Made by a program: the position numbers and the translations under genes. From Candidatus Calditenuis fumarioli (GTDB taxonomy: Archaea > Thermoproteota > Nitrososphaeria_A > Caldarchaeales > Calditenuaceae), in the NCBI GenBank assembly GCA_030059665.1, contig JANVYR010000002.1, forward strand, positions 352,001-416,000: a stretch of DNA of 64,000 nucleotides. Reading direction: 5' to 3'. This document shows positions 29,161-39,060 of this stretch, one piece after another; the first letter of the stretch is position 1; the number at the start of each line of letters is the position of its first letter. The notes under the pieces were generated by a model that was not told the DNA's origin, searched no databases, and was given only the letters and a program-made list of their open reading frames with translations.

Positions 29161-30289
29161 CCTCCTCGAGGGCAGACCTGAGTGCCCGGAGGAACCTCTC
29201 GTTCTCCCTCCTCGAGCAGACGGTCACCCTGATGCAGTCGCCGAGCCTCGGGTTGCCGGGGAAGGTCCTGACCACGATGCCCCTCCTGAGGAGCGCGTCC
29301 TTCACCGCAGAGGCCTCTGACTCGCTCCTGAGCCTGACCAGCAAAAAGTTGGCGCTCGAAGGGAAGACGGTCAGGCCGTCGATGCGCGTGAGCTCGAGGG
29401 CCATCCTCTCCCGCTCCCTGACAATCTCTTTCACCACCCTCTCCACGTACCCCCGGTTCCTGAGGGCGATCACCGCGCCGGCGACGTTGACGGTCCCGAG
29501 GCTGTTGGGAGGTCTGGCCTTGTTCAGCTCCCTCACCACCTCCTCCGTGCAGAGGACGTAGCCGATCCTCAGGCCCGCGAGGCCGAAGGCCTTGGAGAGC
29601 GTCCTGACCACGCAGACGTTCGGGTAGTCCCTGAGAAGGCGGAGCGAGGTCCTGCCGGAGAACTCGAAGTAGGCCTCGTCGATCACGACCAGTGCCTCCG
29701 TCTCCTCGCAGAGCCTCCTGAGCGCTCCCTCGTCGGTGAGGTTGCCCGTGGGGTTGTTGGGGTCGCAGATCCAGAAGACGGCCGTGCTCTTGTCGTACCT
29801 CTCCAGCAAATCGTCCGCGCTGAAACCGAAGTCCTGACCCCTCTCGACCGGGACGAACCTCGCGCCCTGGAGCTCCGTCGAGACCCTGAAGTACGAATAG
29901 GTCGGAACCGGTGCGACGGCGCTGAGCCCGCTCCTCAGGAAGGCGCTGGAGATTACGTCGATCCCCTCGTCGGCTCCGTTCGTGGGCACTATGAGGTCTT
30001 GGTCCCAGTCGGCGTAGTCGGAGAGCAGCTCCCTCAGCTCCCTGTAGCTCGTGTCGGGGTAGTGGTTGACCCTCAGCCTCGGAAGACGCCCCGCCAGCCG
30101 CTTCAGGACCTCGACCGGCGCGTAGGGGGAGACGTTGGTGTCCATCCTGACGACCCTGCCGGGACTGATCCCGACGCTCCGTGCGATCTCCTCCGTCGAA
30201 GGCTCCCAGGAGTAGGGCTCGAAAGAGGTGAGGTCCTCCCGCTTCCTCAGGGATTTGCCGCCAGAACCGTTCCGCTCGAACCCCTCCAT
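29138..30289 (-). CDS. hisC: Histidinol-phosphate aminotransferase
   Basis: YPD, NGADE, DPNNPTG, DEAYFEF and RTLSKAFGLAGLRIGY (PLP lysine) motifs; real start near ATG 30289. Confidence 0.9.
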   Translation of the reverse strand: MEGFERNGSGGKSLRKREDLTSFEPYSWEPSTEEIARSVGISPGRVVRMDTNVSPYAPVEVLKRLAGRLPRLRVNHYPDTSYRELRELLSDYADWDQDLIVPTNGADEGIDVISSAFLRSGLSAVAPVPTYSYFRVSTELQGARFVPVERGQDFGFSADDLLERYDKSTAVFWICDPNNPTGNLTDEGALRRLCEETEALVVIDEAYFEFSGRTSLRLLRDYPNVCVVRTLSKAFGLAGLRIGYVLCTEEVVRELNKARPPNSLGTVNVAGAVIALRNRGYVERVVKEIVRERERMALELTRIDGLTVFPSSANFLLVRLRSESEASAVKDALLRRGIVVRTFPGNPRLGDCIRVTVCSRRENERFLRALRSALEEVREGRRR

Positions 30290-30463
30290 CCCGCCCACCA
30301 GCGGAACCACCAGCCTCCACACCAGGCTCGTAAAAACGCTCGCGGGCTGAAGGACGACCGCCGTGACCCGGTTGATGAAGCCGCATCGCCTCACGACGTC
30401 GGAGACCCCGAAACCGACGCAGCGGGGAAGGATGATAACGGCCCTTGGGGCATGGGATGCGGG

Positions 30464-31228
30464 TTGAAGCTCGCAGCGGTCCTCGAGGAGCTGGGGCTCG
30501 GGAGGCTCGCGGAGACGGCGCATCTGGTCTCGGGCAGCGACCGGAACGGGGCCGCTCAGGAGCTCCACGTGAGTGGGCCGCTCGCGCAGCACCTCAGGGC
30601 GCTTCTCGGAAGGGCGGGATCGGTCGAGCTGATCGGTGCGATTCTGGCGGACTCGCTCGGGCTGAGGGAGGTCTGCGAGAACGACCTGCGGAACGCCGGC
30701 GCGCTGCTCTCCGCATCGGATCCTGAGCTGGAGCCTCTGAGGGAGGCGGTGGGGGAAGTCCTGAGCGCATCGGAGGAGGCCAGGGCAGTGCTCCTGATCT
30801 CGTCGGAGCTCGGCTCGCTTCTCGCCCTCTCCGTTCTCGAGGAGGCAGGGATGGGTGGCGAACAGCTGAGGGCCCTGAGAGGATCGGAGGAGGAGGCGCT
30901 CGGGTACTCGATAGACCGCGCATCGGCTCTGCTCTCGGGTCGTCCGGGAGCGATGGAGGCGTTGGCGGGTGAGCTGGAGCGGAAAAGCGACCTGCTGAGG
31001 TACCTCTCCCTGAGCGACGACCGGATGAGGCCGGAGCTGGAGGCCCTTCTCGGAGGCGGGACGTCTGAGGGCGAGCTCTCGCTCGGGGCCACGAGGTTGA
31101 CCATGCTCCACGAGGAGTTCCACGTCAGGCGCGTCAACGCTTTCAGGAGGGCCGGCATGGGCCTCGCGCTGGCCCAGAGGATCGCGGAGCTTCACGGCGG
31201 TTCCGTCAGGGCCGGATGGGGATGCTGA
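30464..31228 (+). CDS. Hypothetical protein with degenerate histidine-kinase-like C-terminus
   Basis: Host-like codon usage from TTG 30464; C-terminal GMGLALAQRIAELHGGSV resembles the HATPase_c G2 box. Confidence 0.5.
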   Translation: MKLAAVLEELGLGRLAETAHLVSGSDRNGAAQELHVSGPLAQHLRALLGRAGSVELIGAILADSLGLREVCENDLRNAGALLSASDPELEPLREAVGEVLSASEEARAVLLISSELGSLLALSVLEEAGMGGEQLRALRGSEEEALGYSIDRASALLSGRPGAMEALAGELERKSDLLRYLSLSDDRMRPELEALLGGGTSEGELSLGATRLTMLHEEFHVRRVNAFRRAGMGLALAQRIAELHGGSVRAGWGC

Positions 31229-31271
31229 AGGACGGAGAAGGTTCTTAGTCGGGAGGTGCTGGGCGTTGGCG

Positions 31272-32027
31272 ATGGCCTCTCAGCGTCCGGACCCGAGAAC
31301 CGTTGCGGACCAAATGATCGTGACGATAGCGGAGCACCTGAGGGAAGGTGAGGCCGTCGCCACCGGACTCAACTCGCACGTGCCGATCCTCGCTGTGGCG
31401 GTCGCCAAGGTCATCCACGGTAGGAGGATCAGGCTTCTGACGGTGGCGGAGGCCCACGACCCAGAGCTGGAGAGGATCGAGCTGACCTACTCGACCGGTG
31501 ACCCCTCATGGGCCGGTTTGGGAACGGTCCTTCCCATGATAGAGGCCTTCGACCTAGTCCAGCAGGGGAAGGTCGACGTGATGTTCCTCGGGCCGCTCCA
31601 GATCGACTCGGAGACCAACTTCAACCTCTCCGTCATAGGGCCCTACGAGAGGCCCAAGGTGAGGCTGACGGGCGGTGCGGCCTCGGCCTTCATAGCGCCG
31701 CTGGTGAGAAGGCTCTTCCTCTGGAAGACGAAGCACACCAAGAGGGACTTGGTGGAGCGCGTGGACTTCGTCACCGCGACCGCGAGGAACTCGACGAACG
31801 AGGTCTACCTCTTCACCGACCTGTGCGTCTTCCGGTTCGACCGCTCAGCAAGGGCCTGGACGCTCGAGGCTCTGCACCCCTGGGCCGACGTGGAGACGGT
31901 GAGGGAGAACACCGGCTTCAGGTTCCAGGTGAGTTCCCCGGTCAGGACGAGGCCTCCCTCTGAGGAGGAGAGGGCGCTGATCGACCGGATGGATCCCCAG
32001 GGCCTCAGGCTCAGGGCATTCTACTGA
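31272..32027 (+). CDS. CoA-transferase subunit beta (glutaconate/3-oxoacid CoA-transferase-like)
   Basis: VDVMFLGPLQID..NFNLS, RLTGGAASA, VDFVT, FTDLCVF, LHPW and ENTGF motifs. Confidence 0.85.
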   Translation: MASQRPDPRTVADQMIVTIAEHLREGEAVATGLNSHVPILAVAVAKVIHGRRIRLLTVAEAHDPELERIELTYSTGDPSWAGLGTVLPMIEAFDLVQQGKVDVMFLGPLQIDSETNFNLSVIGPYERPKVRLTGGAASAFIAPLVRRLFLWKTKHTKRDLVERVDFVTATARNSTNEVYLFTDLCVFRFDRSARAWTLEALHPWADVETVRENTGFRFQVSSPVRTRPPSEEERALIDRMDPQGLRLRAFY

Positions 32028-32120
32028 CGTTCGATCAAGAGAAATTGCGCTGCAACAGGGAAGCAAGTGAAACACGCGCTGCGGAGGTCCTCGAAAGACC
32101 TCGCGAACGATGACCGCTCC

Positions 32121-32285
32121 TCAGCTGTAGACCTTGAAGCCCATCAGAGGTGCGACCTCGTTGATGCACCTGCGGCAGATGTAGAGCCTGTACTTCCGGA
32201 TCACGCCGACGGTGGTCCCGCACCTCCTGCACTTGGCGACGCCCTTCCCGAACTTCCTCACCTTCGGAGGCTTCTGCTTCGCCAT
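32121..32285 (-). CDS. rps14: 30S ribosomal protein uS14 (zinc-binding)
   Basis: KFGKG..CRRC...IRKYRLYICRRC...MGFKVYS. Confidence 0.95.
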   Translation of the reverse strand: MAKQKPPKVRKFGKGVAKCRRCGTTVGVIRKYRLYICRRCINEVAPLMGFKVYS

Positions 32286-32553
32286 TCCCGTGAGGCTCCG
32301 CGAGAACCAGAATAATAACTTCAGACCGCGAACCCCCAGAAGGTCCTGATGCGGAGGTCGGATCGGTCCCGTCATCGTTGGACCCGAGGACGAGCTCCTC
32401 GCCGGAGTCCTCGATGGGTGCCCGCAGGCGGACAGGGGCTACTTCGTACGTTGCGGCTGCTGGACGGCTACCCTGAGCCGCTGAGCGAAGGACAGATAAT
32501 TTGCGCGAGAATGGGCACTGAAGCTTCGCCATCGGAATACCAAAAATCACCTC

Positions 32554-32769
32554 GGTAATACCATTTTTCAGCAACTGATAAGTGCTCTGAATTGAGTTGA
32601 TATTGAGATTCAATTTTTCGCGCACCGAGCAGCATATATAAATCACCTATATGAATTTTGCTGAAGATGACCACCGTTATCTTAAAATAGAGGTCAAAAA
32701 ATTCATTCGTGCGAGGGGGTGGCGCGGCGGGAAGCCGCGCAGAGCCCGAAAATCCCGGAATAGGGAACG
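32554..32769 (+). promoter_or_regulatory. CRISPR leader (AT-rich; TATATAAAT at 32635-32643)
   Basis: Directly precedes the first repeat; near-identical to the reverse complement of 62449-62607. Confidence 0.8.
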
Positions 32770-32867
32770 GTGATCCTGAGAGAGGGAGTTGAAAGACGAA
32801 CACCAGGAACATCGCGCCGAGGAGCATGAACCCCTGCTTCAGTGATCCCGAGAGAGGGAGTCGAAGG
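32770..32867 (+). CRISPR. Orphan CRISPR mini-array: 2 repeats (26 nt, consensus GTGATCCCGAGAGAGGGAGTTGAAAG), 1 spacer (46 nt)
   Basis: Repeats at 32770-32795 and 32842-32867 (the second degenerate at its 3' end); GAAAG 3' handle; same repeat as the 62.3 kb array. Confidence 0.85.
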
Positions 32868-33044
32868 TCAAAACTCATTGTTCCCCACCTCCTCTACACC
32901 GAAAATCCGCCCTTGATCCGGTGAAAGGGATAGGGAAGGAAACTCGGGAAGAGGTGGTGGTCCGGACTGAGGCAGGGGCGATCAGGGGGCGTCAAAACTT
33001 TAAGATCGTCTTCCGGTGGTCGACGGAGGTGCGGATGGGGAAGC

Positions 33045-33890
33045 TTGGTTGAGGTCGAGCTGCTCTACGACTACCCGAGGCTCGAGGAGCGGCTGATCAT
33101 CGAGCGGCTGAGGGCTAGGGGGGCCGAGGTGACGCTGACGAACGTCAACGACGTACCGCTGGTGATGGGGGAGCGCGTCGCCGACGTTGCGGTCGTCAGG
33201 CCAATCTCGATGTTCAAGGCCATCTACGCCGCGGCCGCGAGGGAGTCGGCGGGCACGTGGGCCGTCAACAACGCCTCTGCCATCTCCGTCTGCGGCGACA
33301 AGGTCCTCTGCCTCTCGCGCATGGCCGCAAGCGGCATACGCATCCCGAGGACGGTGATCGCGGTCGACAGCAGGTCAGCGGAGCAGGCCTTCAAGGCGTC
33401 GCCGAAGCCGGTGGTGGACAAGCCGCCCATCGGGAGCTGGGGAAGGCTGGTCTCCCTCATCGAGGACGAGAGGACGTGGAGGACGATCCTCGAGTACAGG
33501 TCCCTCCTCTCATCCGCGCAGCTGAAGGTCCACCTGCTGCAGCAGTACGTCGAGACCGGCGGAAGGGACGTCAGGGTCATCGTCCTCGGAGGAGAGGTGC
33601 TGGGCGCGATGGAGCGGATCGGGCCGCCCGACGACTGGAGGACCAACGTGGCCCTGGGAGGTAAGACCGTTCCCTACAAGCTCAACGGAGAGCTGGTGGA
33701 GACCTCGATCAAATGCGCCGAGCTGGTGGGAGGCGACTTCATCGCGGTCGACATACTCGTGGACAGGTCGGGCAACTACTACGTGAACGAGCTGAACGGC
33801 GTCCCGGAGTTCAAGGGCTTCATGGAGGCGACCGGGATAGACGTGGCCGCCCACCTCGCCGGGTTCGTGCTGGACCGCGCAAAAAGGTGA
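33045..33890 (+). CDS. lysX: LysX/ArgX-type ATP-grasp ligase (RimK family)
   Basis: CGDK, KPPIGSWGRL, LQQYV, RDVRV, WRTNVALGG, VNELNGVPEFKG motifs. Confidence 0.85.
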   Translation: MVEVELLYDYPRLEERLIIERLRARGAEVTLTNVNDVPLVMGERVADVAVVRPISMFKAIYAAAARESAGTWAVNNASAISVCGDKVLCLSRMAASGIRIPRTVIAVDSRSAEQAFKASPKPVVDKPPIGSWGRLVSLIEDERTWRTILEYRSLLSSAQLKVHLLQQYVETGGRDVRVIVLGGEVLGAMERIGPPDDWRTNVALGGKTVPYKLNGELVETSIKCAELVGGDFIAVDILVDRSGNYYVNELNGVPEFKGFMEATGIDVAAHLAGFVLDRAKR

Positions 33891-33918
33891 ATAGACCGAC
33901 GGCAGCGTTTTCCTGGAG

Positions 33919-34206
33919 TTGTCGGAGAGGAGGACCGATCTGGTCGTCGTCGGCAGAAAGCCCGTGCTCCGATACGCTCTGGCCGTTCTGACGTCCTTCA
34001 ACAGGGGATCGACCGAGGTGGTCGTGAGGGGAAGGGGCAGATCGGTGGCCAAGTGCGTGGACGTGGTTAACACGCTCCGCAACTCCTTCTACCGCGACCT
34101 CAGGATAGAGGACGTCAAGCTCGGAACCGACCAGCTCGTCCTCGGCGACAGGACCGTGAACGTGAGCTTCATCGAGATCAGGATCTCGAGGGGAGGTCGG
34201 AGTTGA
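33919..34206 (+). CDS. albA: DNA/RNA-binding protein Alba
   Basis: VGRKPVLRY, VVRGRGRSVAKCVDV, VSFIEI. Confidence 0.92.
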   Translation: MSERRTDLVVVGRKPVLRYALAVLTSFNRGSTEVVVRGRGRSVAKCVDVVNTLRNSFYRDLRIEDVKLGTDQLVLGDRTVNVSFIEIRISRGGRS

Positions 34207-34394
34207 GCCTCGGCGCAGATCGCCTCGGAGGACCAGGGCGTGATGGGGCCGCGGGCAATAAGGGGCCGTTGATCCGGCAGCTGTCTGACGGACCCTCGGG
34301 AGCTGCCTGACGGAGGTTCCCGCGGAAATCTGGAGGTCTGGACATAGCGGCTGAGGGAGACGGCTTTTTGACGCGGCGCTCCCACCTGACCGCG

Positions 34395-34931
34395 ATGCGG
34401 GTCCTGAACGGGATAGACCTCGACAAGCTCGAGGAGGCCCTGAGGTCGGTCCGTGAGCAGTGGCTCGACGCGGAGAGGAGACCGCTCATGGGAAGGCGGC
34501 GCGCCAGAGCTATCTGGAGGGGAGGCCTGAGGTCCACGGTAAGGACCGGCAGCGGCGGGCGGTTTGAGGTCGACGAGGGCCTCGAGCCTAAGGCTGGGGA
34601 GATCACCCCAACGTCCGTCGAGTACCTGATCGGCTCCCTCGCGGGGTGCGTGCTCCTCACCTTCGTCTACCTGGCCACGCTCAGGGGGATAGAGGTGAGC
34701 GACGCCGAGCTCGCGGTCGAGGGCGAGCTGGAGAACGTCTGCAACTTCCTCGGCCTCAGCGACGAGGGCCATCCGGGCTTCAACAGGATCTCGATGACGC
34801 TCTACGTCAGGTCAGGTGCCGATGAGGCGCGGCTCAAAGAGGTCTTCGAGGAGGCGCTCCGGAGGTCGCCGGTTTACAGGACGCTCGAGTCTGGCACGGG
34901 CCTCACCGCCTCGCTCAAGGTCTTCCGGTGA
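34395..34931 (+). CDS. OsmC-family protein
   Basis: NGIDLDKL, P.EYLIGSLAGC, RSPVYRTL. Confidence 0.8.
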   Translation: MRVLNGIDLDKLEEALRSVREQWLDAERRPLMGRRRARAIWRGGLRSTVRTGSGGRFEVDEGLEPKAGEITPTSVEYLIGSLAGCVLLTFVYLATLRGIEVSDAELAVEGELENVCNFLGLSDEGHPGFNRISMTLYVRSGADEARLKEVFEEALRRSPVYRTLESGTGLTASLKVFR

Positions 34932-35929
34932 TGACGCCGATGGACTGGACGAGGCTCCTGCCGGCGCTCGCTGGACTCGCGCTCTCCTTCCCTCTCGCGC
35001 TGGTGGCCGTGCGCTTATCGATGTCCCTCTCGCGGAGGCTGAACCTCCTCGGCCGTGACGCCCACAAGCCCGGCAAGGTGATGGTTCCGAAGATAGGCGG
35101 GCTCGGGATGGCCGTCTCCTACTCCGCCGCGACGCTGCTGCTCTCGCAGGCCCTCGACTCCGTTACGGCAGCCCTGCTCGTTGCCCCCCTGCTCTCCGCG
35201 CTGATCGGCCTCGCGGAGGACTTCAGGGAGCTCAACCCCGTGCTGAAGCCGGTGCTGCTGGCTCTCCCAGGGTTGGTAATCGTCGCCCTCGGAGCCTACG
35301 ACCCGCACCCCCTGATACCCTTCGTCGGGAAGGCGAGGTTGACCCTCCTCTATCCCGTGCTGCTGGTGGTCTCCTACTCGGTCGTCGCCAACGCGGTGAA
35401 CAGCATCGACGTGGTCAACGGCTCCCTCGCCCTCTTCTCGCTACCCGTGCTGGCGCTCTCGATACCGGTCTCCCTGCTCGCCGGCTCGCCCCAACAGGTC
35501 GTCGTGGCCGAGACGGCCCTCCTCGGCTCCCTCCTCGGTTTCCTGGTCTACAACAGGTACCCCGCGAGGACCTTCGCGGGCAACGTCGGCAGCAACCTCG
35601 TCTCGACCTGCGCTGTGACCTTCGCCGTCCTCGGAGGATTCGAGGTCTTCCTTCTGGTCGCGCTCCTACCCGCGATAGTGAACGAGGCCATCGTGATCGC
35701 GTCGATGGGCGGGCTCAGGTCGGGCAAGGAGGTGGTGAAGAGGCCCGTGCTGGTCATCGGAGGCCTGATCAGGGACAACCCCGACCTCTCAGCGCCTCTC
35801 ACGCTGGTCAGGATGCTATCCGCAGGAGGTCCGGTCGACGAGCCCAGGATCGCGAGGGACATCGGGCTGCTCTCCCTCCTCTCCTCATCGCTGGCCCTGA
35901 TCACCTTCATCATCGCCTGGAGGTCGTGA
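34928..35929 (+). CDS. Polyprenyl-phosphate GlcNAc-1-P transferase (MraY/AglH family, GT4-like)
   Basis: GRDAHKP, PKIGG, NAVNSIDVVNG, YNRYPARTFAGNVG, TLVR. Confidence 0.85.
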   Translation: MMTPMDWTRLLPALAGLALSFPLALVAVRLSMSLSRRLNLLGRDAHKPGKVMVPKIGGLGMAVSYSAATLLLSQALDSVTAALLVAPLLSALIGLAEDFRELNPVLKPVLLALPGLVIVALGAYDPHPLIPFVGKARLTLLYPVLLVVSYSVVANAVNSIDVVNGSLALFSLPVLALSIPVSLLAGSPQQVVVAETALLGSLLGFLVYNRYPARTFAGNVGSNLVSTCAVTFAVLGGFEVFLLVALLPAIVNEAIVIASMGGLRSGKEVVKRPVLVIGGLIRDNPDLSAPLTLVRMLSAGGPVDEPRIARDIGLLSLLSSSLALITFIIAWRS

Positions 35930-35933
35930 GGGC

Positions 35934-36158
35934 TTGGCTGGTCCCCTTCCCAAGCTGATGGTGCTGGTCCTCATCGTCTGGGCAAGCCTCCTCGCGGTGC
36001 TCGCCTCCGTCGGACTCATCATCTCGGCCACAGGTCAGGAAATGAACGCGATCGCAGGGCTGCTGAGGGTAGCCGCGGCTCTGGCGCTCTTCGCGGTCTG
36101 GGCCCTCTGGATGATGATGCTGGTCCAGTTCTGGTACATCAAGGTGCTCAGACGGTGA
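35934..36158 (+). CDS. Small 2-TM hypothetical protein
   Basis: Two hydrophobic helices; follows the upstream gene by 4 nt. Confidence 0.6.
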   Translation: MAGPLPKLMVLVLIVWASLLAVLASVGLIISATGQEMNAIAGLLRVAAALALFAVWALWMMMLVQFWYIKVLRR

Positions 36159-36414
36159 GCTCCTCTATCTCCCTCACAACGAACTCCCTCACGTCGGCCT
36201 TCTTGTACGGGTCGTTCTCGACGATGGACATCGCCTCGTTCAGGTCCCTCGCCTCCAGCACGTAGAAGCCACCTGAACCGTCCTTGAACCTCCCAGCGAC
36301 GACGACCTTCCCGGACCTGATGAGGCTCCTCACGTACTCCAAGTGGGCTGGCCTGTGAGGTGCAGAGACCTCCGGCGGAACCTTCGGTATCAGGAGGACG
36401 TGGAACCTCGGCAC
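36148..36414 (-). CDS. YciI-family protein
   Basis: HRPAHLEY, AGRF, GGFYV, DPY motifs. Confidence 0.85.
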   Translation of the reverse strand: MPRFHVLLIPKVPPEVSAPHRPAHLEYVRSLIRSGKVVVAGRFKDGSGGFYVLEARDLNEAMSIVENDPYKKADVREFVVREIEELTV

Positions 36415-36550
36415 GTCGATCCCGATCTGAAGGCGGAGAAAAATCTTTGGGTCAGGCAGGGTGATCCCGCGTCACCGATCAGTAGTTCCGACGCTCATCA
36501 TCCCCAAATAATGCGGAGAAGGCCGAATATCTCGGTATCCCCGCCGGCCC

Positions 36551-37963
36551 TCACGCAGGGGCCTCCTGCCTCCGCTTGTAGTACTTCCTGATGTGCTCCT
36601 CCTTGATCTTGGTCAGCTCCGACTCCGGCAACGTCGATAGGATCTCCCAGGCTATCTCCAGCGAGTCGTCGAGCGTCCTGTTCTCGTACGGAGACTGGTT
36701 CAGGAAGCGCTGCTCGAAGAGGTCGCCGAACTCCAGGTACTTCAGGTCAGAAGGCGAGAGGCCGCTCTTCCCCACGATCTCGGCTAATGACCTCAGCTGG
36801 ACCGCCCTCGAGTAGGAGGCGTAGAGCTGGTTGCTGACGTCTCCGTGGTCGGGCCTCGTCTTCTTCGGAGCTATGATGCCGGGCCCCATCAGACGGCTGA
36901 GCGACATCAGCACGTTGATCGGCGGGTATATCCCCTTCCTGTGCAGGTCCCTTCCGAGCACGATCTGGCCCTCGGTGATGTAACCCGTAAGGTCCGGGAT
37001 CGGGTGGGTGATGTCGTCGCTCGGCATGGAGAGGATCGGCATCTGCGTCACGCTCCCCTTCTTCCCCTTTATCCTCCCTGCCCTCTCGTAGATCGAGGCC
37101 AGGTCGGTGTACATGTACCCAGGGTACCCCTTCCTCCCGGGGACCTCCTCCCTCGCGGCGCTGATCTCGCGAAGGGCCTCGCAGTAGTTGGTCATGTCGG
37201 TCAGTATGACCAGGACGTGGTAGCCCTCCTCGAAGGCGAGGTACTCCGCGAGCGTCAGGGCGACGCGGGGCGTGATGATCCGCTCTATCGCCGGGTCGTC
37301 GGCGAGGTTGAGGAAGAGGGCCGACCTGGAGAGGGCTCCGCTCTCCTCGAGGCTGCGCCTGAAGTAACGCGCCTCGTCGTTCTGGACGCCGATCGCCGCG
37401 AAGATCACCGCGAACTCCTCCTCCTTCCCCGGAACGGTCGCCTGGCGCGCGATCTGGGCCGCGAGGACGTTGTGGGGCAGACCGGACCCGCTGAAGATCG
37501 GGAGCTTCTGGCCCCTCACCAGGCTGTTCATCACGTCGATCGCGGAGATCCCTGTCTGGATGAACTCGGACGGGTACTCCCTTCGCTCGGGGTTGATGGG
37601 GTCTCCGTTGACGTCCCTGAACTCATTCGCGTAAGGCGCAGGCATCCCGTCAATAGGCCTGCCGAGGCCGTCGAAGACCCTGCCGAGGCAGTCGGTCGAG
37701 ACGCCGAACCTCATCGTGGTTCCGAGGAACCTGGCCTTGGTGCCCTCGATCGAGAGGCCCTGCGTCCCCTCGAAGACCTGGACCACAGCCCTCCCGCCTC
37801 CTACCTCTATCACCCTTCCCAGCCTCCTCTCGCCAGAGGCCGTTTCGATCTCCACCAGCTCCTCGTACTGGGCCCTCTCCACCCGGTCCACCACCACGAG
37901 CGGCCCCCTGATCTCGTAGATCGAGGTGTACTCTATCCCTGCGGCTCCGGACCTCTGCGACAT
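36551..37963 (-). CDS. atpB: A/V-type ATP synthase subunit B
   Basis: [58 protein letters not shown]. Confidence 0.97.
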   Translation of the reverse strand: MSQRSGAAGIEYTSIYEIRGPLVVVDRVERAQYEELVEIETASGERRLGRVIEVGGGRAVVQVFEGTQGLSIEGTKARFLGTTMRFGVSTDCLGRVFDGLGRPIDGMPAPYANEFRDVNGDPINPERREYPSEFIQTGISAIDVMNSLVRGQKLPIFSGSGLPHNVLAAQIARQATVPGKEEEFAVIFAAIGVQNDEARYFRRSLEESGALSRSALFLNLADDPAIERIITPRVALTLAEYLAFEEGYHVLVILTDMTNYCEALREISAAREEVPGRKGYPGYMYTDLASIYERAGRIKGKKGSVTQMPILSMPSDDITHPIPDLTGYITEGQIVLGRDLHRKGIYPPINVLMSLSRLMGPGIIAPKKTRPDHGDVSNQLYASYSRAVQLRSLAEIVGKSGLSPSDLKYLEFGDLFEQRFLNQSPYENRTLDDSLEIAWEILSTLPESELTKIKEEHIRKYYKRRQEAPA

Positions 37964-38029
37964 CCTCGAATGCGCATCGAGGCAGGACGTAATAAAGAGA
38001 ACCGCGAAGGGGCGGGACGATTCACCGCA

Positions 38030-39028
38030 TCAGCCGGGCTGGCCCTCCTTCCCCTCTGCCTTCTCCCTCCGCGCGCCCTCCTGCGGCAGAACGACCCTGT
38101 GGAATGTGTAGCGGTCGGAGTGCCTGCTGATCAGCTGCCTCGTCACCTCCTCGCTCGCCACCGCTATGACCGCCCCACCTCCTCCGCCGCCGGTGAGTTT
38201 AGCACCATACGCGCCTGCCCTGAGCGCCCGGTCGATGATCTCGTCCAGCTCCCTCGAGGAGACGCCGATCGCCCTGAGCAGGTTGTGGCTTACGGTCATG
38301 AGGCTGCCGAGCCGCTCGATGCGGTTGTTCTGGATCGCGAGCTCCACCTCCCCCGCGACCATGTCGGAGACCTCCATCAGCTTGTCGAAGAGGTTGATGT
38401 GAAGCTCCCTGAACTGGGCCACCTTCCTCACCATCTCACCGGTACGCCTGGGCCTGCCAGACTCTATCACCAGAAGCTCGAAGGCCTTCTGGGGCTCGAT
38501 CCTCTGGGGCTTCGATCCCCTCCTGAACCTGATCACGCCTCCGAGCGCGGAGACCGTGGGGTCTATCCCGGAGGGCCTGTAGTGGAGCTCGGACTCGGCG
38601 ACCAGCGATGCGTTGACCACGTCCTCGGTCGTGAAGTCCGCTTCCAGCGCGTCGAGCAGCGCACCAGCTGTGGCCACCGCGATCGCCGCCGAGGAGCCAA
38701 GCCCCGAGGCCCGGGGTATCTGCGAGTCGACCGTAACGCTGACGCCCTTCCTCCGGCCGTATTTCTCCAGCAGGGCCTCGACCATCTTCCGGTAGGCCTC
38801 GAGTCGGTCACCGACGCCCTTGGAGGACTCCTTCACAAGCTTGCCGTCGAGCCACTCGGCCGTCCCGATCTGCTTGGAACCTATCCTGACGATGCGGTCG
38901 TCCCTGAGAGATACCGTGGAGTAGGCCCTCTTGTCGATCGCCGCGGCCACCGCGAGACCTCCGTAAACGACGAAGTGCTCGCCGCAGATGATCACCTTCC
39001 CCGGCGCCGACCACGTCACCCTGACCAT
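38030..39028 (-). CDS. mvk: Mevalonate kinase
   Basis: APGKVIICGEHFVVYG, SGLGSSAA, PSGID, AKLTGGGGGG. Confidence 0.93.
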   Translation of the reverse strand: MVRVTWSAPGKVIICGEHFVVYGGLAVAAAIDKRAYSTVSLRDDRIVRIGSKQIGTAEWLDGKLVKESSKGVGDRLEAYRKMVEALLEKYGRRKGVSVTVDSQIPRASGLGSSAAIAVATAGALLDALEADFTTEDVVNASLVAESELHYRPSGIDPTVSALGGVIRFRRGSKPQRIEPQKAFELLVIESGRPRRTGEMVRKVAQFRELHINLFDKLMEVSDMVAGEVELAIQNNRIERLGSLMTVSHNLLRAIGVSSRELDEIIDRALRAGAYGAKLTGGGGGGAVIAVASEEVTRQLISRHSDRYTFHRVVLPQEGARREKAEGKEGQPG

Positions 39029-39060
39029 CCTACCCCGTGGATCTCCCTGCCGGCCAATTG

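Noticed and set aside
29138-31195. Apparent 685-aa hisC fusion
   Set aside because: The N-terminal extension is the antisense of the 30464-31228 gene; hisC starts near 30289.
32345-32480. Protein-like fragment (GRIGPVIVGPEDELLAG...) upstream of the CRISPR leader
   Set aside because: No start codon in frame and no recognisable family; too short to support.
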